Assembly: GCA_026026165.1 (NCBI GenBank)
Contig: JAPEUD010000010.1
Coordinates: forward strand, 434,001 to 498,000
Length of the DNA stretch: 64,000 nucleotides
Direction: 5' to 3'
Source: Sarea resinae
Lineage: Eukaryota
The translations under genes were made by a program, and so were the position numbers. Numbering within the stretch: position 1 is the stretch's first letter; the number at the start of each line of letters is the position of its first letter. Positions 36,961 to 49,762 of this stretch are shown piece after piece. A model generated the notes under the pieces. That model searched no databases. It saw only the letters and a list, made by a program, of their open reading frames with translations, and had not been told where the DNA came from.

Positions 36961-38594
36961 TCATAAATCCTTCTTCGGTTCCGACTTCGCCGCCCCGTTG
37001 GCGTACCCGTTGCCCACCTTCGCATTCCCGTTCCCATTCACCTTGGCGTTCACCGTTCGCTCCGCCGCACCCGCGCCCGTGCCGTCAATGGAAACCCCGT
37101 TGACCAACAATTCCGGGCCCGCATGACCCCTCCTCTCGACCTTGTCGCCAAACTCATCGACGCCCGTCTCGCCCTCGTCGTCCTCGTCGTCGCTGCGCTC
37201 GTCCTTGGCCACGTGGCTAAAGGCAAAGTTCTTGGCGATGCGCAGGATCAAAAAGAGCCAGAAGAGGTTGACGGCCTGGAGGGAGGCCAGCAGCGAGAAC
37301 GTGATGACCTGCGCCAGCGGCGACTTGTATTGCTCCGTCTCCCAATTCAGCTCGTACGGTCCCACGGTGCGGTATTCGGTCAGCAGCGCCCAGAGGATCC
37401 GCAGGTTGACGTAGTGACGCAGGTAGATCCAGACGACGACAAAGGTGGCGAAGTAGGGAGCAACGATGAAGCTGTCAAGGTAGTTGAGGGTTTTGGACGA
37501 CTATAAGGGGATCAGCATTGCATATGATCATGCCCAGAGAAAAACTTACGGCCAGGAAGAAATCGCTAATGTCATGCGTGATGTAGACGGCCAAGCCCAT
37601 GTACGTAAAGTGAAACCGGTAGCTCAGCGCGATGAGAGAGAGGGTGATGATGTGATGTCCGACCAATTCCTTGTAGTCCTTGCGCGGCTTCTCGAGCTGC
37701 AACAGCAGGACCAGAGCCTGCTGACCCCAGTACGACGCCTGCAACAGATAGTACGTCTTGAAGACGGCGTCGTGCGTCTTGTGTGGGTACGTCTCGAACA
37801 TGCCCGTCGTGTTGAAATACCACACGGGCGTCCGGCTCATAACATACAAGCCAAACGGACCGAAGATGCCAAAGTAGATCAGCGAGTAGGTCTGCTCCAT
37901 GAATCGCGCCTGTTTGGCTCGACGCGTGATTCCACAGTACACGGCCAGCGGTCGGATCACTCGCTGGATGAGGAACTCGCGCGTAAAGGAGAGCACGAGC
38001 ATGTAGAATGCCACAAAGGCCAAGTCGCGCTTGCCCTTGCCATACTGGATCGGCGTGTCCGGGTCGGCGTCGGCGGGTCGAGGAAGCGGATAGGAGAGGA
38101 AGAGGGCTCTATGGAGAGGGTTGTCGGTCGTCGGATTGTAGGCGTAGGCGGAGAGGATGATGAGGATGAGCACGAGCGGATTGACCCAGGTATGGCGGAA
38201 CGACATGACTTTCCATCGTCGGAAGAGACTGCGCACCTTCCGTCTCTTCGAGTGCGGCTTCGAGCCTGTGGCGGCGGCTGCGGCTTCGTCCTTGCTGGAC
38301 TGGCGCTCCTGGATCCGGCAAGTCCAGTCAGCCATGTCATGCTCATTCACTCGCTCGAAGGTGCCCGCATGCATGACGACCATGATGATGATGGCTCGTT
38401 TTGTGGACGACATGGCATCATGTCGACGGCATCTGCGGGAAGCGATAAGAGGACATTGTACTTACTGGGGACAAGAAGGCCGGACTGGATGGCGGTGACG
38501 CGGAAGGCGTCAGGGTCGACACTGCCGGGCCACTCGTATCTCCTCTGAGATCTGCCCCGAGAATGCTGGACTTTCTCCGAGGTCGGGTAGGCAT
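36961..38594 (-). CDS. LAC1: Ceramide synthase (sphingosine N-acyltransferase, TLC domain), Lag1/Lac1 family; exons 38594-38466, 38308-37550, 37500-36961
   Basis: MPTRPRRKSS start; YGKG, RFMEQ, EKPRKDYKELVGHH, HDISDFFLA|SSKTLNY Lag1p motif; WIYLRH, DERSDDED; C-terminal KKDL (KKxx ER retrieval). Confidence 0.93.
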
Positions 38595-39528
38595 CGTCGA
38601 GGGAGGCAATGGGGGCAATGGGGGCAATGGGGGCAATGGGGTCAATGAGGGACTCTCTCTCGCGGTCTCCCTCAGCTAATTGGCATGCGATGGCCGTGGT
38701 GATGGTGATGGCGATGGCGAGGAGGTCTGCCTGTCGACAGAGAAGCGGATTGAAGGAGTGATCTGATCTGGTCACGGTGGCGGAGTTGACAGCAGTGAAA
38801 GGAGTGAAAGGAGTGAAAGGAGTGAGATGACGGTGGTGGTCGAGCAAGATAGGAGGGAGGAAAAGTCGAGAGACGAAAGATTTCTTTCTCGTCTCCTCAG
38901 CACGAGTACGACGACTACAGCTAATCTACTCGGACTACTCCGTGCAACGACTATCTCCGTACTACTCTACTATGTAGGTCCTACCACGACGAGTACGGTG
39001 CTGCTGGCGGCTGGCTGCTGACTACTTACGGTCTGGATGCTCGTCCAGCGTGGACCGTTCCGTCCTAGGGCGACTCGGGGTAAAAGCAAAATCAATCGAC
39101 GTCGAGAATCAGCACAAGTATTACAGAGTACAACGGTTCCACAGTATCCGCACGGAGGAGACTCGGGAGCACGCATCGACTACCACGAGGTACTGAAGTA
39201 CTCGCCGTGATCGTGGTACTTGCGCACGCCCGTACTTGCCCAAGAGTCCAGCGGTAGAGAGGGCAGCAGGACGGGGTACTGCTACATACGCATCGTACGG
39301 AGTACTGCGTACATGGTAGTCTCTGGCTTCGCGTGCAGGTCAAAAACGTGCAAGTACATGGGCGGTACTATGAGTACTCTGTCAGCGCTCGACCAGACCA
39401 AGGAGATCGGCCTGACAGCCACGCTCAGCCGCCTCGGCCGTACTCCGGCACCGCATCGAGACACGGCGAGGACTCCAGCGCCGAAGTAGCCGAAGTCCTT
39501 CGGCAGAAGAGGGAAGAGCGAAGAGGGG

Positions 39529-39560
39529 GCTCGAGAGCTCGAGAGCTCGAGAGCTCGAGA
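39529..39560. repeat. (GCTCGAGA)4 tandem repeat
   Basis: Read directly. Confidence 0.9.
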
Positions 39561-40494
39561 GCACCAAGCACAGCAAGATGATGGGATCGACTGGTGCGAC
39601 GTAGCCTCGACCTCATTACTCGTGAAATTGCGCCAAGACCGAGCATTCGCGTGCTCGGACTTTTGATCTTCCCCGACCGTGGGTTACCATTCCCTTCATC
39701 CATGGATGCTTCCATACTATGTAGTACTATGATATGTTGGATGCACAAGCCGTGGACGCATCAACGAGACGGCGATGCAGCCTACCTACTCTGTAGGATC
39801 CATCACCAATGTGAGTCGGTAACACAACCGCCCATCACACCATCGACTGTCAAGTGGTGGCCTCCGTCGTCCAATTGCTCGCCGTGGAATCATGCGGCCG
39901 ATAAGATCAAACCCCATGTCTATCGGCCTACACGACCTACTCCGACCTCCAACCGGCAATTAAGCTTACTCCGGAGTACATTACTCCCTACATGTACTTC
40001 GTACAAAGTACTTACTTCGTACCTTCGGACGACCGCCCCAGGGCAGCGCATGGCTTACCAGAGGCCGCTTGCTCGCTCTACCTTAGCACCAACAGTCTAT
40101 CGATATCTCATATAACAATAGTGACGAGGCCCCGCCGTCAAATGAGAAAATCTTCAAGTCACTTCACTTGCAATCGAGTATCGAATTGCGGTCATCTGCG
40201 GACCGAATGAAACTGCTTTCTTCTCCGAGTCTCTGTGCTAGTAGATGAAGGCGCCAGCCAGCCAGATCCCGCTCGTATGCTCGCATGTCGCCGTCACGTT
40301 GGAGCTCTTCCGAGAATATCCTCCCCCATACAAGAGCAAGTGTTCAAGCTTGAAATACCCGGCTCCAGTCCGGTAACAACGCCATCATAAAGGCATCTCC
40401 GTCATATGCAGACGTATCCCACCCGACCCGATAGCGGATCATACTGAAAACCCGAGAAGGTGCCGCGGCGACCTTGCCATACCTCTCTGCCCGG

Positions 40495-43103
40495 TCAGTA
40501 CCCCATTTTGACTCGGAAGAGATAGCGAAGCTTGATCTGGGCGACATCGTAGATGATGTATTCGTTATACCACAGACTTGCGCCATCGACACCGGTAGGA
40601 TCAAGAGGATTGGTAGTATCGGGCTTGAAATCCGTCAGCATCGTCATACACGGACACTTGTGGCACTGACCATTGTGACCCCCTTGAGAGACGGATGTAC
40701 ACAGGATGCATCTTTCCAGCCAGATGGATTGGTCCGACCCTTCCCCCACGTGGCAATCTTGCCTTCGGCTTTCGCTTTCTCGCCAGCCTCATAATCACCA
40801 TTGAGGAGCTCGTACATGGGTTTACCAAGTTCTGCCTCACAGAGCAGCAGCAGTGCGGTGTTGTCACTCATATGGGAGCAGCAATAACCTGCTGATTTGG
40901 ATGATATATCGGCGAGGTACACACCCTTTCCGAACATGTATCCACTGACCGGAGCCTCGGGCGGGGCAATGCGAAGACCTTGCGAGAGAATTCCACCAAA
41001 GTTGGTCGCCCTGTGAGGGTCAGCATCTCGAAAGATCTAGCATTGGCCTTGGACAATACCTCGATCCGTGCCATAGTAGTCGTCGGTCCGAATTCTCCTT
41101 CATGAGGGCATACGGGGAAGCGTTGAAGCGATCATGTTCCCCTTCACGTTCTAGACGGAATATTTCCTCGACTTCGAGGTTATAGCCATGCGTTTGACCG
41201 TGAGACTTGGTCATATAGTCGTCCAAAAGACGGAATTCGTCGGATTTGGAATCCACTGTGTGGCACATCATTGTCAGCCTTTCACTGCGCCGGCTTCTTA
41301 CAGGTGGTAAGCATACGGGGTGTCAACGCTCGCAGATGTAAGCCTTCATACTGCTTGTCAAGAGGATGAATGCCATCTTGAGTCTTGTTCCCCCCTTTGG
41401 CCTCATTCATGATCTCATCGGCAATCCGGAGATCGCTGAGAGACTCTAGGAGGTCAATCTCGCGTTTGAGGTGGGAGTCACGATCTATCAATGGTGGCCG
41501 ATTTCGGCCAAATGAACGCGGGATTGTTGTGTAAAATCTGTTGCAAAGGGTTTCCAATGCCTCGTATCACGGTTAACCTCGTCTAGTAGAAGATAAAGAG
41601 TCAAGCATACCATTTGATATGAGACGCTGTAACGGGATGATGCTAGGGAGCTATTGCCCAGCAACTCTGCAATTTCCTTCAATGCCTCGAAGCCATTGGA
41701 GATCGTGCGTTTGCTCAATTTTCCCAGAGGTAGCTTGTTAGCATCATAGGAGAAGTCCGCCATAGCGTTGGACATGAAACTCCGGTTGAAGATCAGCTCC
41801 ATTAGATGCTGAACAGGCTCTGGTAACGTGGATTCGAGAGGGGGCTCGGCGATCTCTGTGTCTTGTCCCGAGGCCTTGCGTGATTTCGCTTTGTCGTCGG
41901 CATCGGCTTCGTCAGAACTCGAATCTTCTTCGTAGTTCTTCTCGATGAACATGTATTTTTTGTTCCGTGGCGTATCAAAGCGAGCACTCCATGCGAGACC
42001 TGATTTATCTCTGAACTTTTTCTCGAATCCTCTGAGTGCCTCATCCACGCTTCCAAAGCTTAACGTCGTTTTCTGGCCATGCTCACCAACCCTCCCCCAC
42101 CTCATGAATACTTTGCAGTCCTTTGGGTTTTTGGAGACCAGCAACTGAATTCGGTAGAATTTGTTGTTATTGGCCCCCACATTTGTCTGATTCAGAGCGG
42201 CGTCAAAGATCGTCCCACTTGGGTCAACATAGACCGAATGTGTGGCTATTGATTTTGTCAGTTTCGGCTTAACCCAAGCCATGACTACTTACAAGCAAGG
42301 TCACAGCCCTCGTCCAGAGGGATCACGAGGCCCTTTGGCTTTGCGTTTTCACCGTCCTTGTGCTTTTTGGGTTCGGGTTCATTCGTGTTGTCCTCTGCGT
42401 TTCCATTGGTTCCAATCCCATCGGAAAGCATGTCTTGATCTTGCCTATCATCTCGGGCCCGTTTCTTGCCGTTGGTCGTGGCCTGGGGGGCTGGGCTTTC
42501 GTCCTCCTCTTCCTGATTGCTCAGGAGATAAGACGCTTCGTCGAGCCTCTTTGCTTGTTTTGACGATTCCACCAGCCAGTCAATGCTTACGATCTGGACA
42601 TTTGGACGACTCTGTGCTTGTTGGTCTTTGTGAAGCAATGTTAATGTGTTAGTGGGTGTGATTGACACTTGTGTTTCGAAGCCAAGGCTCGAGGCAAGGT
42701 AGGAACAAGAATTGCTATGAGCAAGAGAGCTGGACAAAAAAAGAGACAGGATCCTCAGAACATTGGCTGTACGACAAAATAAATGGATCACAGAAGGGAG
42801 CAGTCTTCAAGATGATGCATTTCAATGCGGAAAATAGAGCTCAATCGAATGTACAAGAGACAAGTCACGTACATTTGGTTCCATTCTTGGCGATGTCTTT
42901 TTCGCTCGTGACAAGATGGGTGCAGCTGTCCGTGACCTTCATCAAATAAGCGCCACCATTGTCTTCGACAATTCGTTTGATATCGGCTGATAGCGAATTA
43001 GCAGACTTCGACTCTCGATGCAAGCATGACGTGGTGAACCTTGTTTGAGCTGGTAAAACGTGCCACTCGAAGCGATTGAAGTATCTGAGAAGATGCCTGC
43101 CAT
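40495..43103 (-). CDS. prpA: Poly(ADP-ribose) polymerase (BRCT-WGR-regulatory-catalytic), 684 aa; exons 43103-43040, 42986-42873, 42625-42293, 42245-41611, 41560-41317, 41255-41060, 41010-40671, 40623-40495
   Basis: CTHLV..IVSIDWL (BRCT); LNQT..NNNKFYRIQLL..RWGRVG (WGR); KLPLGKLS; LLWHGSR, GLRIAPPEAPVSGYMFGKGVYLAD, YNEYIIY with the H-Y-E triad intact. Exon lengths sum to 2055 nt, in frame. Confidence 0.95.
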
Positions 43104-44554
43104 TGTAGATCAATGTCAAGCAATGCGTCGCTGAATTGAGAAAGAATAGTTTGACAATGGATCCTTCGCCAATGGTGTGCAGAAGATGATATCAAATCAA
43201 TGAGAAACCAGGCGATGGGGCAAGCGTGAGACGGTCCACATGAGGAATATGATGATTCTGAAGGTCCCAGAGATTCAAGTATTGAAGGATCAAAGTTCTA
43301 CAGTGAAAAAGACGGCGCGGAGAAAGGAGGAGGGGATGGCATCCTTTTCAACAGAAGGCACCAGACGCTTAGTACCAGGCAGCAGCTCAGTAGTGTACAT
43401 ACTGCCGAAAGTAGTAATCGTGTTACTTTTGACCTCATCCGACCGACACGAACAAGGCGGGTGAGCACGTGCTGGTCATGCTTGTCTTTACGGTGAAAGC
43501 CGAGACCGAGCCGTGCACTCTACTGAAAGTCCATGTTGCCATTTCTCAAGCTGGAGACAAGGGCTCTCGCAGCGGCCCAGATGGCATAGCATCCATACCT
43601 TGCCTGCCTACCGCAGTAGTTGACCTCCAGCTCTCAAGCGCTGTCAGTATTGGTAAGGTACCTTACCTTAGTGTTCAAGCGAAGCCCCTGGAGAAGTCGC
43701 TTCTAAAAATAATCACGAGGGTACGGAGTCCCTCGTATTACATGCTACCTAAGGTATGATTTGCGATGGCACTACAGGATCACTGTGGCAGTCAGTGATA
43801 GGTATTCTCATTCGCAATAGCCCTCTCGTATCTCTGAACGACCATCTTTTCCAATCAAGTTCTAGGGGCGAAAACAGCGAATGAAACGTGATATTCAGGC
43901 CAGGTTCGCTTCTCCAATCCAATCATCATGAGACATATTTCCACCCTCTTGGCGCATGCCGCCAGGTGTTCCCCCCCTTGCTCTCTCCTCTCTTCGCCTC
44001 TTCCTCGTATATTCAACATAAAGCATACCATCCATGATAGTGACTTGTCTATCTTCCATGTATCTTGGCAACCTCGAAGGTGATTCATTGTTGTTGACTA
44101 TACAATTGTAATACTCCTTTGTGACATTCTCCCTCTCTATCTTCGGCCTTCACTCTTACTTTCGCAGCCACTTATGTTCTATTACCCGTTCGGATGATTC
44201 GTTAGGCAAATTCTGCAGGCTTGAAGGAGCCAGTCTGGCAGTCCAGCAGTCTGGCCCCAACTCTTTCGTTGGCCCGGACGGCCCAAAAAGTGGTAGGTAC
44301 GCGCACTGGAACCACGGCCCGGGCTTATTCCATTGCCAATTCCTCTGGCAATGGTGATGGCCAGTGATCTCGTCTGTGACGTACGGGCTGGCGTTAGTCG
44401 TCAAATCTATTGTCCTGTAGTAGGATCGCAGTATCTGATCCCGACTCACCAATGTCAGAGCCTCTCCAAGGTTCACTTTATCGGGACTTGGCAAATAAGG
44501 ATACACCAACCCTGTGATCTCAAGCCTCTCACAGAAATCGATATCTGTCTGAGC

Positions 44555-46045
44555 TCAGTGTGGCAAGCTGACCCTATATCCAAATGTTTCCTTGATATCG
44601 TGGAAAATTTGCTTCACGTCCGTTCCATATGTGACCTGGCCGGAGGCATCTCCGGCAAGGATCAGAGCACCTAGCTGCAAGCGATCAGACAGAATCCAGG
44701 CACCTGAATATCCTGGCCGGGCGAATCGTTCGCCCACAAAGCATCGTTGTTTGAATTCAGCAGGGTTTCCAGGGAGTCTGATGTGTGAAGGTACAGCGTT
44801 CAGAATTCCCTTTGTCAATGTTCTGCTACAACTGAAAACTGTACTGCCTGGCTCCAGAGTGGTCATCTCAGAAACATGCGTGTCGTGGACCGCGACAGGC
44901 TTTTGGTCTCCGAGTATGATCTGAATTCACAGCTCTAGTCAGGAAATGGTTCAATGAATTAAAAGCGAACTTTGGTGTCTTACCTCATTGGATCCTTGCC
45001 TCTCAGCATCAACTTCGATAAGACCCCAATCGAGGCACTGAAAGTTCAGTGTACCATGAATTCCTGAGGTTGCAAATACTTTGCCGAAACCGACACTGGG
45101 ACGACTGCTAGATCTCAACAATGATCCGCTGATGATATCGCGCCAATTATGATCCTTTTTCAGTGCTTCAAGCTTTCTTTGGATGTCGTGTGGGTATGAT
45201 GCTCGCCGGCTTTTCTCTTGTTCTATGCAGTCGTCCGTGATCTCTAGACTCTCGAATGAGTCGATGTCGTCTTGGTGATCCGTGAACGCCGGTGCGAGGA
45301 CTTCGATGTTGAAGCCTGCCCCTGGCAAGATGCTCAAATATTCAGGTCCACGAAGAGCATTGTGGCTTGTTAAGCCGACCACCGTTGTTTTTCCGGCCTT
45401 GGTAAGTTGGATGTAACCGCCTAATGTTCCGACTTTCCCCGAGTTTTCTTGTCGAATACTATATCCAGGTCTCGCCCTTTTTTCGTAAGGCATTTTGAGA
45501 GCCATCCTCGCCTCTCTCCCGTGGTTTGCTAACAGACTAAGTCTACCGTCGCGAACAATGACTTCCACGTCCGCGAGTGCTGAAGAAGGTTAGTAAAGCT
45601 GAAGATATCCTATAAGAGGACCCAAACCTCTGTCCAGAACGAATCCGTGGATTAATAGTGCTATCCACCGCCATGCATCACCTGTGGCTTTACTGGCGGC
45701 TGTCACAAGTATCGCAGGTGGGTTTTTCGACCTGTCGCTGATGATGTATCCTGCTCTCAACACGTCCACGCTTACCCAGCTTTCGCTTGGGCGGATGAGT
45801 TCCATGACTTGGCCTTCCAGGCCGTACTCCCACTCTTGGACGACGGGATGCTCGACTTCAATGGCAGATAGGAGTAATTTGGCTCTATTGGGCGTATAGC
45901 ATGATTCGTCTTTGGACCGACTACACACGGTGACTTGTGAGTGGCCTGGCGGTCCTTGGCGAAGATAGACGCAAGATCGATCAGTTTCTATTACTGATGA
46001 GCCATCATCGCTCAATTCTGCTTGATCTACTCGTTGCCCGACCAT
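44555..46045 (-). CDS. Uncharacterised trypsin-like (Ssy5/Nal1-like) serine-protease-fold protein, 459 aa; exons 46045-45628, 45579-44984, 44920-44555
   Basis: GTLGGYI, GLTSHN (His), LDWGLIEV (Asp), FARPGYSGAWI (Ser) in trypsin order; two GT-AG introns with CTAAC/CTGAC branch sites join three ORF-track pieces in frame. Confidence 0.7.
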
Positions 46046-47371
46046 CTTGACAATTCGAACAGATGGGCCAGCCAGATAGACGACTCCGATTGTAGCAAAA
46101 TGGCGAGCGAGGAGTGCTCTGACAGTGATGCAGATAGATGTAGTTGATGAAGCAGTAATTGAAAGCGCAAAAGATCCAAATCCTTTGAGCAAGCTTGACT
46201 AGAAATGGAAAGCTAGGGATTATTCCTGTAATGAAACCTGGAAGAATCGAAGAACTCCAACCATCTAGAAGAGAAGATGAGGATGAGGACGAGAGTGAAG
46301 ATGAAGCTGAGCTGTCTGGATGCTCTATTGGAGGCTCGCCAGTGTGGAAAAGCAAAGGAAAGCAAAAAGGTCAGGACAGCTGTAGACGTACGATAGAAGC
46401 ATGGTGCAGCCTCCGTATCTAGCAACTGTCTGGCTATTGCCGCATTGGGAAGTCTTGGTCGTCTCCAGGCTGGTTGGATGTCGTCGCAGCCCGCAAGGGA
46501 CCCAACACCAGGAATTTCCCAACCTCCAGCTAAGGGAAGATGTACCAGATCATCGCCTTTCGCCGTCACTGATATGAATAGCAACTCGTGCAAAAGGACC
46601 ATGGTGTTGGGTGAGTTGCCATTTGTCCTGGGCTTAGGAACCTCCAGGCTCTTCCCTCAATTTGTAATGCTGCATTCTGACATTCCGACAGCTGTCAAGC
46701 CGTCCGATGAGATGGGAAGACTGCCTCGTTCAGATCAACCACCAAAGCCTACGACAATGCATCGATAGATCGCTTGGTGTTGATAGCGATGAATAACGAT
46801 GAAAAAAGCAGTGAGAGACGATGAGTGACCGAGGTCCTGGCTCTGGTCAAACGTCACCAACCTTTGTCATTGTTCGCCTCTGTGGTACCCAGAGTCAATG
46901 CTCATCTCAACATAGTGACTCATGGCGGCCAGTGCCCACGCTTTCATCTCCATCTCCATCCCCGTTACTACCTCATCTATCAGCTCTGGCTTGAAAGGAC
47001 AACTCAAATGAGATTTGAGCGAATCAATGCATCATTTCCGACACCACTCTGCATCCGAATCTATCAGGGGCTTGAAGCCTCCAACGTCAAAATCCCATAG
47101 GCCGTCCGTCAATTAGGTAGCTTCGGCTTGAGCGTGACTCACGTAAGACTGAACCGGAGATAGCCGAATTAGGAAATTGAAGAATCGTTCCTGCTCCTGT
47201 ATTTGCGCAATGGAAATATAGGTAATCATGTTGGCATTTTCTTTAGATTTCGTCTCAACTCTCATCCTTGTTTCCTTTGTTCTTAAGCTACACTCATAGT
47301 GAAACTCGAGTCTATCCTGCAAGTTTCTCGAGTCTTAAGCATCTGCATCTATTGCTCCTTTTCTCATCATT

Positions 47372-49078
47372 ATGACGACTCACGAATTAGAGGTTCATGT
47401 TGATTCGCAATGCCGCTTGTTTCCCGAGGATCTCCACTCGAGGCCCGTCGAAGTCCCGTTGTCCATTATCGATGCCACTGTCGCTGGCTTTGCCCCTACA
47501 TCCGCAGTCTGGCTGTATGATGCGCCTCTAAAAGAGCAGGATCGCCTGGCATTTTCTCCAGACAATCTCACAAAGTCCCTGAAGAAAGCGCTGAACGCAT
47601 ATCCCCACTGGGCCGGCAAATTGGAGCGCGTACCCTATGTACCTGGGGGAAACCACACTCAACGATATGGCCGTCTCAGTCTGTCCTACGGCCACCTGTC
47701 AGACCCAGGTGTCGAGTTCGTCATCGCCCGCTGTCCCCAGCTTCTAGCCTCCATTGCGCCATCAGCAGCTGAACGTGCTGGGACCCCCAATTCCTGGAAC
47801 GCAGGGGCTTTCCCTATCAAGAACCTCCTACCTTACACGCAACTCCCCGAACTCGACAAACCAGACAACAGCAACCCTCCATGTTTCATAATCCAGCTCA
47901 CGATATTTGCATGCGGTGGCCTTGCCATCACAACCCAGATGTCCCACCCTCTGGCTGACGCGCAGTCCCTCGTGCAATTCATGCATGATTGGTCGCGGAT
48001 CAATCGAGCTCTGCTCGCGCGGCCCACCCTACCCGTGTCATCCCCCCTCTTTGATCCCTCCCTCCTCGACGCAAGAGCCGCAGGTGACATCGACAGCCTC
48101 ACCCCAGACCCTTCGCTCATCTCTCTCGCCCGCTCCCTGCCCCTCAATCGCAACGACTGGTGGACCCCTGCTCCCCAGTCCGCGCCCACCCACCCCGACG
48201 GCATCACGCCTCCACCCGGCCTGGACCCCGCACTCATCGCACCCCGCGGGATGCCTCTGCCGTGGCCGCACCAATGGGACTTTAGTGCCCCATGTGGTTG
48301 TCTCATCCTGCACTTCACGGCGGACGAGGTCCAGCGCTTGTGGGAGGCCGCCTCTTTATCTTCAGATATCACAATCACTAGAATGGACGCCATCCTCGCA
48401 CACGTCTGGACACTGATTAATCGCGCACGCGGCGTGACTTCGACGCCTGAGAATCCCGTTTATATGAATCTGACATTCAACCTACGACCGCGAGTCTCGC
48501 CACCACTGCCGACTACATTTATCGGCAGTCCCATCCAGCTCGCCGCCGTCACTCTACCCTCTCCGTCTCTTTCCCAAACGACAGCCCGAGACCCCACAAT
48601 CACAGCGATGGCGCAAGCCATCCACTCCACCCTCTCCCTCTTCACGCAGTCTCCAAATGCCCTACCCGCCCTCCTCCACTCCCAGGCCCACGAGCCTCAC
48701 CCAACGCGCTTCTGGCAGGGGCTCCTGGGATCCCACAACCTGATCATCACGCCCTGGACGCAGATAGGACTGCACGAGGTCGATTTCATTGGCACTGGCC
48801 AGAAACCTCGGTATGCAGGTGGCGTCATGCCTGATGGATGCGATGGCGTCGTCGTCGTGGCAGAGGCAGGTGTGCAGGAGAGTGCTGCTGAGACGTCAGA
48901 GAGTGAGAGTGAGGGTGATATTGATGGTGGTAGCACTAGTACTAAAGAAAGAGGGAGGGGTTCGCGCAGGGGCAGGCATTGGACCGCCAACGGCGTCGAC
49001 GTGTCACTTTATCTTGCTCAGAAGACGTTGGACCGGCTGGCTGATGATAAGGAGGTTCACAGATATAGGAAGACGTAA
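47372..49078 (+). CDS. BAHD-type CoA-dependent acyltransferase (Transferase family)
   Basis: 568 aa single-exon ORF; YPHWAG, QLTIFACGG, HxxxD motif SHPLADAQ, DFGWG-like VDFIGTG. Confidence 0.88.
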   Translation: MTTHELEVHVDSQCRLFPEDLHSRPVEVPLSIIDATVAGFAPTSAVWLYDAPLKEQDRLAFSPDNLTKSLKKALNAYPHWAGKLERVPYVPGGNHTQRYGRLSLSYGHLSDPGVEFVIARCPQLLASIAPSAAERAGTPNSWNAGAFPIKNLLPYTQLPELDKPDNSNPPCFIIQLTIFACGGLAITTQMSHPLADAQSLVQFMHDWSRINRALLARPTLPVSSPLFDPSLLDARAAGDIDSLTPDPSLISLARSLPLNRNDWWTPAPQSAPTHPDGITPPPGLDPALIAPRGMPLPWPHQWDFSAPCGCLILHFTADEVQRLWEAASLSSDITITRMDAILAHVWTLINRARGVTSTPENPVYMNLTFNLRPRVSPPLPTTFIGSPIQLAAVTLPSPSLSQTTARDPTITAMAQAIHSTLSLFTQSPNALPALLHSQAHEPHPTRFWQGLLGSHNLIITPWTQIGLHEVDFIGTGQKPRYAGGVMPDGCDGVVVVAEAGVQESAAETSESESEGDIDGGSTSTKERGRGSRRGRHWTANGVDVSLYLAQKTLDRLADDKEVHRYRKT

Positions 49079-49762
49079 GCTAGCCCGTCATGCAGTATAT
49101 TGTAGCAGCGGTCGTAGAAAGACAATAAATCAATGGCAATCAAAACCAAAAAGGCGAAGCCAGTAGTCGTACTACCTGACTCTGTGTGTCTCTAGGGCTC
49201 TGCGCCTGTCTGAGTGCTCTACGTGGCTCTGCGTAAGGGATTGAAAAGCGTCAGGGTCTGGCTTAATTCATTTTACAGTTATCCAGCATTACCGTGAAAT
49301 CAATTCCGCCACACCACACCACTCAACCCCCTCAACCCCTAACGGCTATTGAACAGTCTGTCTTATAGAACTTTATCGTTTCAAAACTCGACATGATCGA
49401 TACAGGCTTTGAATGCGCCATTCATCTAGCCACACATTGCACAACTTGACGTGCTTCTTATCTATACTAATGCTATGCTACACTAGGCTATGCCACCTTA
49501 TGCCACTTAAGGCAGCCAGCTGGCCACACTTCCATCAAAAGCCAACGACCACAACAACACAATAAGCCTCCACAACCTCCTCCTTCCTTAACCCTCTTCC
49601 CTTCCCTCCTTCCTTCCTTTCTCCCTCCCTCCCTCCCTACCTCTCTTCCTCTCTACTCCGCCCCGCCAACTCCCCCTACAAACAGACCCAGCTCCAAGCC
49701 CCGAAGAGCCCAACCTATGATTACATAAAGCCCAATAAGCCGCCATCGCACCAATCACAATC

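Noticed and set aside
37484..38548. 354-aa plus-strand ORF
   Set aside because: Antisense shadow of the ceramide synthase gene.
38595..38645. TTG-initiated (LPP)n extension of the ceramide synthase
   Set aside because: Produced by a 9-bp tandem repeat; the ATG at 38594 already gives a family-like start.
42626..42872. Intronic box C/D snoRNA or twin intron in the long PARP intron
   Set aside because: Only a degenerate C-box and a CTGA about 35 nt apart; no nested splice pair found. An Rfam scan would settle it.
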